Source: an uncultured Armatimonadetes bacterium | GTDB taxonomy: Bacteria > Armatimonadota > UBA5829 > DTJY01 | Length of the DNA stretch: 64,000 nt | Assembly: GCA_963717145.1 (NCBI GenBank) | Contig: OY970325.1 | Span: 768,001 to 832,000 of the forward strand | Reading direction: 5' to 3' | Part shown: one piece after another, positions 20,097-28,971 of the stretch | Numbering within the stretch: the first letter of the stretch is position 1 | Layout of the letters: each line of letters starts with the position of its first letter | Translations under genes and position numbers: made by a program | Notes under the pieces: model-generated | The model's database searches: none | Seen by the model: the letters and a program-made list of their open reading frames with translations, nothing else | Told to the model about the DNA's origin: nothing

Positions 20097-20125
20097 ACAG
20101 AATCTGAAGGGAGAAATCAGGTTTC

Positions 20126-21361
20126 ATGTCCTCAAACAAACTGACTCGACGCGAGTTCGTGACAACATCCGCCGCGGGCCTCGCGGTCGGAGCGCTTTCC
20201 GCCAGTCCCGCAGCCGCGCGCATCGTCGGCGCGAACGACCGGCTCTCGATCGGCATTATCGGCGCGGGCGGGCAGGGACGCGGCCAGATGTCCGCGATCG
20301 TCAACTTGGCGGACTCCATGAACGCTGAGATCACGGCGGTCTGCGACGTCTGGAAGGTGAGCATGGACGCGGCGGTGGCGATGGTGCAGAAGAAGTGGAA
20401 TCGCGAGCCGAGGAAGTTCACCAACTACCACGACCTGCTCGCCCTCGATGACATCGACGCCGTCGTGATCGCCAGCCCGGATTTCCACCACTCGCGGCAG
20501 TTGGCGGCGGCCGTCCGAGCGGGCAAGGACGTCTACTGCGAGAAGCCGATGGCCTCCGAGTTCAAGGATGCGAAGGAAGCGCTGCACGCGACCCTCGAGA
20601 CCGGGCGCATCGTTCAGAGCGGCACTCAGCGCCGGAGCGACGGGCGACATAAGGCCGGCGCGGAGTTCATCAAGTCCGGGGCGCTCGGGAAGATCAGCCG
20701 CGTCGAGTGCGCGTGGAACGACTGCGGGCCGAGATGGAGACGGGGTATCGAGGGTGTGAAGGCCGAGGACGTAGACTGGAAGATGTACCTCGAAGGCCGG
20801 AAGAGCCGCCCGTTCGACGCCCATCAGTTCCGCGAGTGGCACCTCTACAAGGAGTTCAGCATAGGTACGATCGGCCTCCTCGGCAGTCACATGATCGACG
20901 TGGTCCACTGGTTCATGGATGACCCGCTCCCGATCAGCGCGGTTGCGGGCGGCGGGAACTACGCGTGGGACGATGGGCGTGAGAACGAGGACACGATGTA
21001 TGCCATCATCGAGTATCCCAAGGGATGGGTACTCAGATACTGCACGGGCCTCGGGAACTCAGTGGGGAACAACTGCTACTTCTACGGCACGAACGGCTCG
21101 TTCGATACCAACACCTGGAAGGCAAGCGGCGCGGGCGGCGCGGGGGCGAAGAAGATCGCGGCGGAGATCGACGTGAAGCCTCTCCCCGGCGAGAACCACA
21201 TGGGGAACTTCCTCGAATGCGTCCGAAGCCGGAAGCAGCCGAACGCCGATATCCACACGGGATACGCGCACGCGGTCGCCTCACTCATGGGCGGGATGGC
21301 TCTCCGCAAGGGTAAGCGGATGGTCTACGACGCCGTCAAGCAGGAGATCAAGGAGGGCTGA
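20126..21361 (+). CDS. Gfo/Idh/MocA oxidoreductase, Tat-exported
   Basis: TRREFV, GIIGAG, ASPDFHH, YCEKP, GSHMID. Confidence 0.92.
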   Translation: MSSNKLTRREFVTTSAAGLAVGALSASPAAARIVGANDRLSIGIIGAGGQGRGQMSAIVNLADSMNAEITAVCDVWKVSMDAAVAMVQKKWNREPRKFTNYHDLLALDDIDAVVIASPDFHHSRQLAAAVRAGKDVYCEKPMASEFKDAKEALHATLETGRIVQSGTQRRSDGRHKAGAEFIKSGALGKISRVECAWNDCGPRWRRGIEGVKAEDVDWKMYLEGRKSRPFDAHQFREWHLYKEFSIGTIGLLGSHMIDVVHWFMDDPLPISAVAGGGNYAWDDGRENEDTMYAIIEYPKGWVLRYCTGLGNSVGNNCYFYGTNGSFDTNTWKASGAGGAGAKKIAAEIDVKPLPGENHMGNFLECVRSRKQPNADIHTGYAHAVASLMGGMALRKGKRMVYDAVKQEIKEG

Positions 21362-21366
21362 CTGCG

Positions 21367-22566
21367 ATGAGCCGAATCACTCTTCTGGTCGCCTTAATAT
21401 TGATCTCCTCTCTGTGCGCCGCTTCCGGGTCGAGGATGATCGTCGTCTCCGCACCGGAATGCGACTACTCCCACGTGCCGGTCAGTGTCCTGGTCACGCC
21501 TCCGCCAGGGATCAACACGTATACGCTTCGTACGTCGGACGGCAAGGAGGTTCCTTGCCAGACTTGGAGCGTGGGCAACAAGACGAAGGTCGCCTGGATC
21601 CTGGACAGACTGGAGAAAGGGACGAGCCGGACCTATCGTCTCGACTTCGCACTGGGACCGTGGCCGAAGTATGGTCCCATGCCGGTTGACGTACTGCAGC
21701 GCGAGTCCGGCTCGGTGGATATTCTGCTTGACCGCAAGCTGTTCACCAGTTACCAATTCGCCGACGGTCCGAAGCCGTACTGCTACCCACTCATCGGGCC
21801 GACCGGTGACCCGGTCACCCGCAACTACCCGATGAAGGAAGTCGAGGGCGAGACGAAGGACCACCCGCATCACCGATCCTGGTGGTTCACGTTCGGAAGC
21901 GTGAACGGCATCGACTTCTGGTCGGAATCGCCGAAAGCCGGGAGGATCTTCCATATCAGGTTCGAGACGCTCGAATCCGGCCCGGTCACGGGGCGGATCA
22001 AGTCGCGGAACAGCTGGATCGCGCCGGATGGGAGCAAGGTGTGCGAGGACGTGCGAGAGATCATCATCTATCGCGTTCCAAATGGCCGCCTGATGGACTT
22101 CAATGTGACCGTTCGGGCGACGGAAGGCCCCGTCACGTTCGGCGACACGAAGGAGGGCATGATGGGCTTCCGCGTCGCAAGTTCGATGGACGCCGATCGA
22201 GGCGGGCACATCGTCAACTCGCGCGGGCAGAAGGACGGCGACACGTGGGGAATGCCCGCGGAGTGGGTGGACTACTACGGCCCGGTCAACGGCAAGACGG
22301 TTGGCATCGCGGTCCTCGATCACCCGTCGAGCTTCCGTCATCCGACCTACTGGCACGTGCGGACCTACGGGCTCTTCGCGGCCAATCCGTTCGGCCTGAA
22401 GGATTTCCCGGACGGGAAGGGCAAGGACGGCAGCCACACGATACCCGCGGGCGGAGAGATGCGCTTCCGTTATCGCGTTCTCATCCATGAAGGCGACACC
22501 GAGCAGGCCGGAATCAGCGCCGCCTTCGATTCCTATGCCCATCCGCCCAAGGTCACTGTCCGATAG
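21367..22566 (+). CDS. Secreted DUF6807 ('PmoA family') protein
   Basis: Signal peptide; KPYCYPLIGP, KDHPHHRS, FGDTKEG, WHVRTYGLFAANPFG. Confidence 0.85.
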   Translation: MSRITLLVALILISSLCAASGSRMIVVSAPECDYSHVPVSVLVTPPPGINTYTLRTSDGKEVPCQTWSVGNKTKVAWILDRLEKGTSRTYRLDFALGPWPKYGPMPVDVLQRESGSVDILLDRKLFTSYQFADGPKPYCYPLIGPTGDPVTRNYPMKEVEGETKDHPHHRSWWFTFGSVNGIDFWSESPKAGRIFHIRFETLESGPVTGRIKSRNSWIAPDGSKVCEDVREIIIYRVPNGRLMDFNVTVRATEGPVTFGDTKEGMMGFRVASSMDADRGGHIVNSRGQKDGDTWGMPAEWVDYYGPVNGKTVGIAVLDHPSSFRHPTYWHVRTYGLFAANPFGLKDFPDGKGKDGSHTIPAGGEMRFRYRVLIHEGDTEQAGISAAFDSYAHPPKVTVR

Positions 22567-22706
22567 CAGCATACACCGTCAGTCCTGAGTGCGCCTCTGG
22601 GCGTGTATCGAAGGACGGCTCGGTGCATCAAGGCCGTCCTTCGTTACACGCCGTCATTCACCGGCGCACTCAGGACTGACGGTGGTTGGAAGGACTGAGA
22701 GAACTC

Positions 22707-24572
22707 ATGCAAAACTTCACCACCTTCGACCTGATTGTGGTCTTGGTCTACCTCATCGGTATCGCCGGGCTGGGCATCTACCAGGCCCGCAAGATCAAGA
22801 CTTCCGGCGACTACTTCGCCGGCGGGCGCAAGTTCAACAAGTGGCTCATGATGATGCACGCGCTCGGCACCGGCACCCACGCCGATGATCCGGTAGGTGT
22901 CACCGGCGCGGCCTACTGGAACGGTCTATCGGGCATCTGGTATACATTCGTCTACCTCTTCGTGACCCCATTCTACTGGCTCGTCGCCCCGCTTTTCAGA
23001 CGATCGAGGTTCATCACGACGGCCGATTTCTTCAAGGCGCGCTTCGGAAGCAAGATGGCGATGCTCTATGCCCTGATGGGCATATTGATGTTCGCCGTCA
23101 ATATCGGCACTCTGCTGAAGGGGACGGGCACCATCGCCACAGCGGTGACCGGCGGCGCACTCCCGGAATGGCTGGCCATCGCCGGCATGACGGTGGTCTT
23201 CGTTGCATACGGATTCGCGGGCGGACTGATCGCCACTGTCGTCACTGAGTCGATCCAGGGCGTGCTGATAGTCGTGATGTCGCTGCTCCTGGTTCCATTC
23301 GGGCTGGCGAAGGTAGGTGGATTCGCCGGTCTGCATCAGATGATCTCCGCTGACAAGTTCAGCCTCCACGCGCCGACCGAGATGACGATCCCCTGGATCA
23401 TCACCGGATCGGTCATGATGCTGATCGGCATTGTGGCTCAGCCGCACATCATGGAGGTCTGCTCGACCGGCAAGACCGAGTTCGAAGGCAGGGTGGGGTT
23501 CACCTACGGGAATTTCGTCAAGCGGTTCTGTGCGATCGGCTGGGCTTTCACCGGCGTTGTCGTACTTGCGATGGTGGCGGCGCACGCACTGCCTGCGCTG
23601 ACCGATAAGACGAGAGAGGCGGCATTCGGTATCGCCATTCGCGAGCTTCTTCCGGCGGGACTCACAGGACTGATGTTCGCGGCAATACTTGCCGCGCAGA
23701 TGTCGTCGCTGAGCGCGTTCATGGTGGCCGGTTCCGCCCTGCTTGCGAGGAACATCTACAGGGAGCAGGTGAATCCGAATGTAAACGACCAGACGCTGCT
23801 CTCGATCGCCCGGTGGGTAGGCCTTGTGATAGTAGCGCTCGGCGTCGGATTCGCCTTTGCCGTCGAGGGAGTCGCCAAGGCGCTCACGATCTTCTGGGCG
23901 ATGGCGACGTTCACCGGCGTGTTCATGTGGTTCGGCGTCCTGTGGCGCAGGGCAAATGCGACCGGCGCCTGGCTCTCGTTCAGCGTCATGGCAGGGATAT
24001 GGCTCGTGCTGGGTCCGTTCGGCGGCGTGCTCAAGTCGCTCATCGCATCGAGCCCGGACTGGTTCGGGATGTACGCCGACAAGAAGATGCTTCAGAGCCT
24101 GGCGCTCTCGTTCGTGCCCGCAGGCATCGTTGCGCTGATCATCGGGAGCCTCGCCGCTGATCGTGAGAAGAGCAAGGTGCCGGCATTCGGATGGACGTGC
24201 GCTGTTGTGGTGGCGTGGCTGATTCTATTGCCTACTGTACATGGCCATGAGGTAGAGGCATCGATCGTATTCAGCTCATTGACGAACTGCCTTGGGGCAG
24301 CAGTCATCTCACTCGTCTTCGGCAGCATATTCAGGCACACTGCCGATCAGAAGAAGCTCGATCAGTTCTACCTGCTGCTCAGGACGCCGGTCGGTCGCGA
24401 GGATGAACTCAAGAAGGCCGGCGTGGATGTCGTCTACGCAGGGAACACCGAGGGGCATCCGTGGGAGCTGAACCACCCGCGACTGGTGAACATCGGCGGG
24501 TTCATAGTGGCGGCGGTCTTCTCCCTGGCGATCCTGGGGCTGCTCTACCTGCTGTCGAGGATCGGGGCGTAA
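22707..24572 (+). CDS. Sodium:solute symporter family transporter
   Basis: DYFAGGR, many TM helices, AAILAAQMSS motif. Confidence 0.9.
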   Translation: MQNFTTFDLIVVLVYLIGIAGLGIYQARKIKTSGDYFAGGRKFNKWLMMMHALGTGTHADDPVGVTGAAYWNGLSGIWYTFVYLFVTPFYWLVAPLFRRSRFITTADFFKARFGSKMAMLYALMGILMFAVNIGTLLKGTGTIATAVTGGALPEWLAIAGMTVVFVAYGFAGGLIATVVTESIQGVLIVVMSLLLVPFGLAKVGGFAGLHQMISADKFSLHAPTEMTIPWIITGSVMMLIGIVAQPHIMEVCSTGKTEFEGRVGFTYGNFVKRFCAIGWAFTGVVVLAMVAAHALPALTDKTREAAFGIAIRELLPAGLTGLMFAAILAAQMSSLSAFMVAGSALLARNIYREQVNPNVNDQTLLSIARWVGLVIVALGVGFAFAVEGVAKALTIFWAMATFTGVFMWFGVLWRRANATGAWLSFSVMAGIWLVLGPFGGVLKSLIASSPDWFGMYADKKMLQSLALSFVPAGIVALIIGSLAADREKSKVPAFGWTCAVVVAWLILLPTVHGHEVEASIVFSSLTNCLGAAVISLVFGSIFRHTADQKKLDQFYLLLRTPVGREDELKKAGVDVVYAGNTEGHPWELNHPRLVNIGGFIVAAVFSLAILGLLYLLSRIGA

Positions 24573-24583
24573 GCAGAGTCACC

Positions 24584-24648
24584 GTAGTGGCCGTGCCTCC
24601 GTGCCGGCCAGAAGGTGTGGTAGGCCGGCACGGAGGCACGGCCACTAC
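24584..24648. repeat. REPIN (family B)
   Basis: gtagtggccgtgcctccgtgccggcc ... ggccggcacggaggcacggccactac. Confidence 0.85.
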
Positions 24649-24664
24649 ACGTGACGGAGGTCGA

Positions 24665-25531
24665 ATGCCTATCACACGTAGAGAATGTCTCAGGCTGGGA
24701 GCGGTCGCAGGACTCGCCGCGCTGATACCATTGCCCGCGTTTGCCGCTCAGAGAAAGGAGATCAAGGCCAGGATGAAGCTGGGACTTGTCACGTACAACA
24801 TTGCCAACAAATGGGACCTGCCCACTCTGATCGAGAAGTGCAAGGCGACCGGGATCGAGGGCGTCGAACTCCGAACGACCCATGCCCATGGAGTCGAGCC
24901 GTCGCTCAACAAGCAACAGAGGCAGGACGTCCGCAAGCGGTTCGAGGACTCCGGCGTCGTCCTGTGGGGGCTCGGCTCGATCTGCGAGTTCCACCAGACC
25001 GATCCCGCTGTCGTCAAGAAAAACATCGAGGACTGCAAGGCGTTCACCCTCCTCGCCGTCGATCTCGGCGCGAAGGGCGTCAAGGTCCGCCCGAACGGCC
25101 TCCCTGACGAGGTCCCCATCGAGAAGACGATCGAGCAGATCGGGCTCGCGCTCAAGGAGTGCGGACGTTTCGCCGCCGATCAAGGCATCGAGATATGGGT
25201 CGAGGTCCACGGCCCGAAGTCGTGTCACCCGCCGTACATCAGGGCGATGCTCGATCGCTGCGACCATCCCTCGGTCGGCGCGTGTTGGAACTCGAACCTC
25301 CAGGACATCAAGGATGGCTCGGTCAAGGAGTACTTCAACCTGCTGAGGCCGGACATCAAGTCGTGCCACATCACCGAGTTGTGGAAGACCGACTACCCCT
25401 GGCGAGAGCTGTTCTCGCTGTTCAAGGCTTCGAACTATGACCGCTTTACACTCGCCGAGATCCCTGAGAGCGCGGATCCCGACCGGGTGCTTCACTACTA
25501 CAAGGCGCTCTGGCAGGAGTATACCAGGTGA
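24665..25531 (+). CDS. Sugar-phosphate isomerase/epimerase family (xylose-isomerase-like TIM barrel), probable Tat substrate
   Basis: TRRECL leader, GVELRTTHAHGVEP, EVHG, CWNSN. Confidence 0.85.
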   Translation: MPITRRECLRLGAVAGLAALIPLPAFAAQRKEIKARMKLGLVTYNIANKWDLPTLIEKCKATGIEGVELRTTHAHGVEPSLNKQQRQDVRKRFEDSGVVLWGLGSICEFHQTDPAVVKKNIEDCKAFTLLAVDLGAKGVKVRPNGLPDEVPIEKTIEQIGLALKECGRFAADQGIEIWVEVHGPKSCHPPYIRAMLDRCDHPSVGACWNSNLQDIKDGSVKEYFNLLRPDIKSCHITELWKTDYPWRELFSLFKASNYDRFTLAEIPESADPDRVLHYYKALWQEYTR

Positions 25532-26427
25532 CGAGCAGACGTGATTTCCTGAGACTCGGTGGATTGGCCGCCGTCGGTGCCGTCAGCGGATTGGTGCCGG
25601 TGACCGGTGCTGAGCCGATTGCGCGCAAGGGCGGGCCGGCGATCAAAGTCGGCTGTGCGGCCTACTCCTACAGGCAGTATCTACAGGGAGCCGGTGCATC
25701 GATGACGATGGAAAGCTTCCTCGACACCGCGGCGGAGATCGGCTGCGATGGCGTCGAGCTGACGTCTTACTACTGGCCGCCGGACTTCGACCTGAAGTAC
25801 ACCGGCAAGCTGAAGAGGCGGGCACTCATCCTCGGGCTCGACATCAGCGCCACTTCGGTCGGCAACAAGTTCAGCGTGCCACCAGGCCCCGAGCGCGACA
25901 AGAATCTCGATCTGGTGAAGACGTGGATCAAGCACGCCGCCGAGATGGGGGCGCCGTGCATGAGGATATTCGGCGGAGGGGTCCCGGCCGGCTCGACTGA
26001 GGAGCAGGCGACGGCATGGATCGTCGAGTGCGTGAAGGAATGCCTCCCGCTCGCCGAACAGCACGGGGTGGTCCTGGCGCTCGAGAACCACGGAGGCGTC
26101 ACGACACTCGCAAAGAACCTCATCGCCATCGTCAAGGCAGTGGACTCCGATTGGCTGGGCGTCAACCTCGATACCGGGAACTTCGCCACTGCTGACCCGT
26201 ATGCAGACCTCGCCGAGGCGGCGCCGTATGCGGTCACCACTCATTTCAAGACGCAAATCCATCCCGCGGGGAAGGACAAACAGCCCGCAGACCTGAAAAG
26301 GATAGTGGATATACTCAGAGGCGTCGGGTATCGCGGCTACGTTACCCTCGAGTACGAAGCTGCCGAGGACTCGAAGACCGCCGTTCCGAAGGCAATCAAC
26401 GCGCTGAGGGAAATGGTTCATGGCTGA
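25528..26427 (+). CDS. Sugar-phosphate isomerase/epimerase family, Tat-exported
   Basis: SRRDFLR, GVELTSYY, LENHGG, NLDTGN, HFK, LEYE. Confidence 0.9.
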   Translation: MTSRRDFLRLGGLAAVGAVSGLVPVTGAEPIARKGGPAIKVGCAAYSYRQYLQGAGASMTMESFLDTAAEIGCDGVELTSYYWPPDFDLKYTGKLKRRALILGLDISATSVGNKFSVPPGPERDKNLDLVKTWIKHAAEMGAPCMRIFGGGVPAGSTEEQATAWIVECVKECLPLAEQHGVVLALENHGGVTTLAKNLIAIVKAVDSDWLGVNLDTGNFATADPYADLAEAAPYAVTTHFKTQIHPAGKDKQPADLKRIVDILRGVGYRGYVTLEYEAAEDSKTAVPKAINALREMVHG

Positions 26428-26487
26428 TGGTTAATGGGGAGTGCCGGCCCCAATCATCAACCATCGACCATCAACCATCAACCATTC
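26413..26487. repeat. Inverted heptamer arrays (ATGGTTG)n/(CAACCAT)n
   Basis: Four degenerate ATGGnnn units then CCATCAA-type units; also at 32934-33090 and 54858-54951. Confidence 0.75.
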
Positions 26488-26504
26488 TCCAGAGGAGGAC
26501 ACGA

Positions 26505-27389
26505 ATGACAAGTCTGAAGACGAAACTCGCTATCATACTGGGAGGTGCTTTCTTGATTACCGGAATCGTGGGCGCAATGGCGGCAAAGCCTGCCGAGGCG
26601 AAGCGACCCAAGGTCTTTCTCGCGTGTGAGACGTACAGCATCAGAAACATCATGTCCAAAGAGCCCGCCGAGGGCAAGTACGACATGATCGGGGTCATGA
26701 AGCTGATGAAGGATATCGGCATGAAGGGTGTCACGCTCAATGACATCTGGATGAAGTCCTACGACAAGCCCTATCTCGATCAGATCAAGAAGGCGGCCAA
26801 GGTCAACGGCATCATTATCGCCGGCCTCATCTGCGAGGGGAACCTCTCCACGACGGACGACGCGGCATGGAAGAAGCAGATCGAGGTCGACCGAGAGAAG
26901 ATGCGCGCGGCCTCGTACCTCGGAGCGAAGATCGTTCGCCTGAACCTTGGCCCGGGGGAGGACACCGTGGCTACGGACAGATGCATCGCCGCCTTCAAGG
27001 AACTCCTTCCGCTCGCCAAGGAGTTGAAGCTCAAGATGACAATCGAGAACCACGGCGGTCCGTCGAAGAAGGCCGACAATATCATTCGCATCATCAAGAG
27101 CACGGACCCGAAGTGGGTCGGGTCGTGCATGGACTTCAGGAACTGGCCGCCTGAGCTGATCCTCGAGGAGAACGCCAAGGTCGCTCCTTATGCATATCAT
27201 GTCCATGCGAAGGCCCACAACTTCGACGAGAAGGGCGAGGAGACCTCGGTGTCATACGGCAAGGTGCTCCAGATGCTGAAGGATGCGAACTACAAGGGCG
27301 CGGTCTCGATCGAGTTCGAAGGCCCCGGCGACCAGATCGAGGGCGTGAAGAAGACCCGCGACCTGATCCTCAAGTACTGGAAGATGTAG
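26505..27389 (+). CDS. Sugar-phosphate isomerase/epimerase family, with signal peptide
   Basis: Hydrophobic leader, IENHGG, CMDFRN, HVHAK, IEFEG; GAGGAGG RBS. Confidence 0.88.
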   Translation: MTSLKTKLAIILGGAFLITGIVGAMAAKPAEAKRPKVFLACETYSIRNIMSKEPAEGKYDMIGVMKLMKDIGMKGVTLNDIWMKSYDKPYLDQIKKAAKVNGIIIAGLICEGNLSTTDDAAWKKQIEVDREKMRAASYLGAKIVRLNLGPGEDTVATDRCIAAFKELLPLAKELKLKMTIENHGGPSKKADNIIRIIKSTDPKWVGSCMDFRNWPPELILEENAKVAPYAYHVHAKAHNFDEKGEETSVSYGKVLQMLKDANYKGAVSIEFEGPGDQIEGVKKTRDLILKYWKM

Positions 27390-27406
27390 TCAGAGGCATA
27401 TGATCC

Positions 27407-27490
27407 AATAACCACTGAGGCACGGAGTGCACGGAGGAATGCAGGACTAGACCTGTTCTTCTCCGTGTTCTCCGTGCCTCCGTGTTATTA
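27407..27490. repeat. CACGGAG/CTCCGTG nonamer-based palindrome between convergent genes (possible bidirectional terminator)
   Basis: cactgaggcacggagtgcacggag ... ctccgtgttctccgtgcctccgtg. Confidence 0.7.
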
Positions 27491-27508
27491 TGTCTCAACG
27501 TTGGGCAA

Positions 27509-28453
27509 TCAGTCGGTTGAGGATGGCTTCGAGCTGATGACCTGAAGACCATCCTGAGCGCCGGGGGACAGCGGGCGCAGGGCGTATGCCGGGCATAGCT
27601 TCGGCCTCTTGCCGAACAAGTCGCTGATGATGCCGTCGTCGAGGATCGGGGCCGGCTGCGTGACGCTTGCGAGTTGCGGCATCTTCGGCGCGAGTCGGGA
27701 GCGATAGGCTGCGTACTGGCTCGGTGATTCATATACGACCAGCAGGTTGGTCAGACTGCGCCCCGGTCTGCTGACGATCTTGCCGCGATAGTAGAGCGCG
27801 GTCGAGCTTCCCCCGTCGAGGTCTATCGCATCGACAGCGCCGAGATGGATCATCAGTTTGGCCAAGTCGCTCAGGCTCACCGGCTTGTCTACGGCTACCA
27901 TGAGCAGCTTGTTGCTCTTAGTGAGTCCGGCCGCCACCCGCCGTTTCTGTCGGAAGATCTCGGGGTCACTGAAGCCTTCGCTCTTCGGCGCCAGCGCCAC
28001 TTTGCCTGCTCGGACCAGAGTCGGGCCGCCACACATCACCGCCGTGCATCCCTGCCAGCCGGACGCCCTGCCGTCCTTCAGTGTCTTGAACTCCACGCGG
28101 CCGTCATCCATGATGCAGAGTCCAGTGCCGACCGATCCGTGGTGCATCTGCCGGCCCTCGATGACGATATCGCCGGTGGGCTGGAGGCTTCTCGTGCAGA
28201 AAAAGGTGCCTGTGATCGCGGCTGTGGGATGCAGCCGCTTGACTATCGAGCCGAAGCCTTCCGATGACCCCGTGCCCTTCTTCGCCAGGGCGGGCGTGAC
28301 TCGGACGTTCGGGGAGTTCATGTTGACGTAGACAATGTTAGCCGCGATACGGTTCCAGGTAGTCCTGGCATAGGAGATGCTTGCTCCCAGGGCCGGCTCA
28401 CGAATTGAGAGAGCGATGAAAGCAGTGCAGAGAATCAGCAGTCTGTGTTTCAT
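27509..28453 (-). CDS. Secreted phosphodiester glycosidase (NAGPA) family protein
   Basis: AAITGTFF, GGPTLV, AIDLDGGSSTAL; signal peptide; GAGGAG RBS. Confidence 0.85.
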   Translation of the reverse strand: MKHRLLILCTAFIALSIREPALGASISYARTTWNRIAANIVYVNMNSPNVRVTPALAKKGTGSSEGFGSIVKRLHPTAAITGTFFCTRSLQPTGDIVIEGRQMHHGSVGTGLCIMDDGRVEFKTLKDGRASGWQGCTAVMCGGPTLVRAGKVALAPKSEGFSDPEIFRQKRRVAAGLTKSNKLLMVAVDKPVSLSDLAKLMIHLGAVDAIDLDGGSSTALYYRGKIVSRPGRSLTNLLVVYESPSQYAAYRSRLAPKMPQLASVTQPAPILDDGIISDLFGKRPKLCPAYALRPLSPGAQDGLQVISSKPSSTD

Positions 28454-28605
28454 GGTAGTTCTCCTCGACACTAGCTCTACCTGGGGAAGCTGCATTTATC
28501 GTGCCGAACTACCTACGGCATATACCGGTTTTGCCAGGCAAATGTGACAGATTGTTGCGGGATTCGACGAGGCATAGGTATTTTTACCAGTTTTTTCGCG
28601 AAAGC

Positions 28606-28634
28606 TTGACAGGAAGGCTACCGGCAAATATACT
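28606..28634 (+). promoter_or_regulatory. Sigma70-type promoter
   Basis: TTGACA-17 nt-TATACT. Confidence 0.75.
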
Positions 28635-28640
28635 GGGTAT

Positions 28641-28865
28641 GGTCTGAGGGTCGCCGCTAGACGGACGGCGGCTCGCAGCCGGCCACCACTATGTCATGGC
28701 TGGTGGCACTTCCGAAACGCTCCGCTTTACGATTAGTTCTCGCTTGGAGTGACGGAGATGCTGCGGCTGGTGTATTCCACACATAGCCTCGCCTCGGTTC
28801 ATCTTGAGCTGTGCAAAGCCCGGTTCTTTTGCGCGTCTTCCTGACGCGCGGGAATCGGGCTTTTT
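28641..28865 (+). ncRNA. Candidate structured leader or sRNA ending in an intrinsic terminator
   Basis: Several GC stems between a consensus promoter and the hairpin aaagcccggttc...gaatcgggcttttt (28815-28865); no family recognised. Confidence 0.4.
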
Positions 28866-28971
28866 CGCGCTTGCGGCTTCTTCATCAAAGGGAGGTGGTA
28901 AGTCGGGTTTCTGAAACGTCCCTGTCCCCGGCCAACAAAGGCCAAGATAACAGCGAAGGAGGATTCAAGTA

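Noticed and set aside
18858-22566. Particulate methane monooxygenase from the 'PmoA family' label
   Set aside because: Soluble secreted beta proteins in a sugar cluster; no pmoCAB-like membrane subunits
28641-28865. c-di-AMP (ydaO), c-di-GMP riboswitch or hammerhead ribozyme
   Set aside because: Core consensus motifs not found by eye; CTGAGGG does not match CUGANGA
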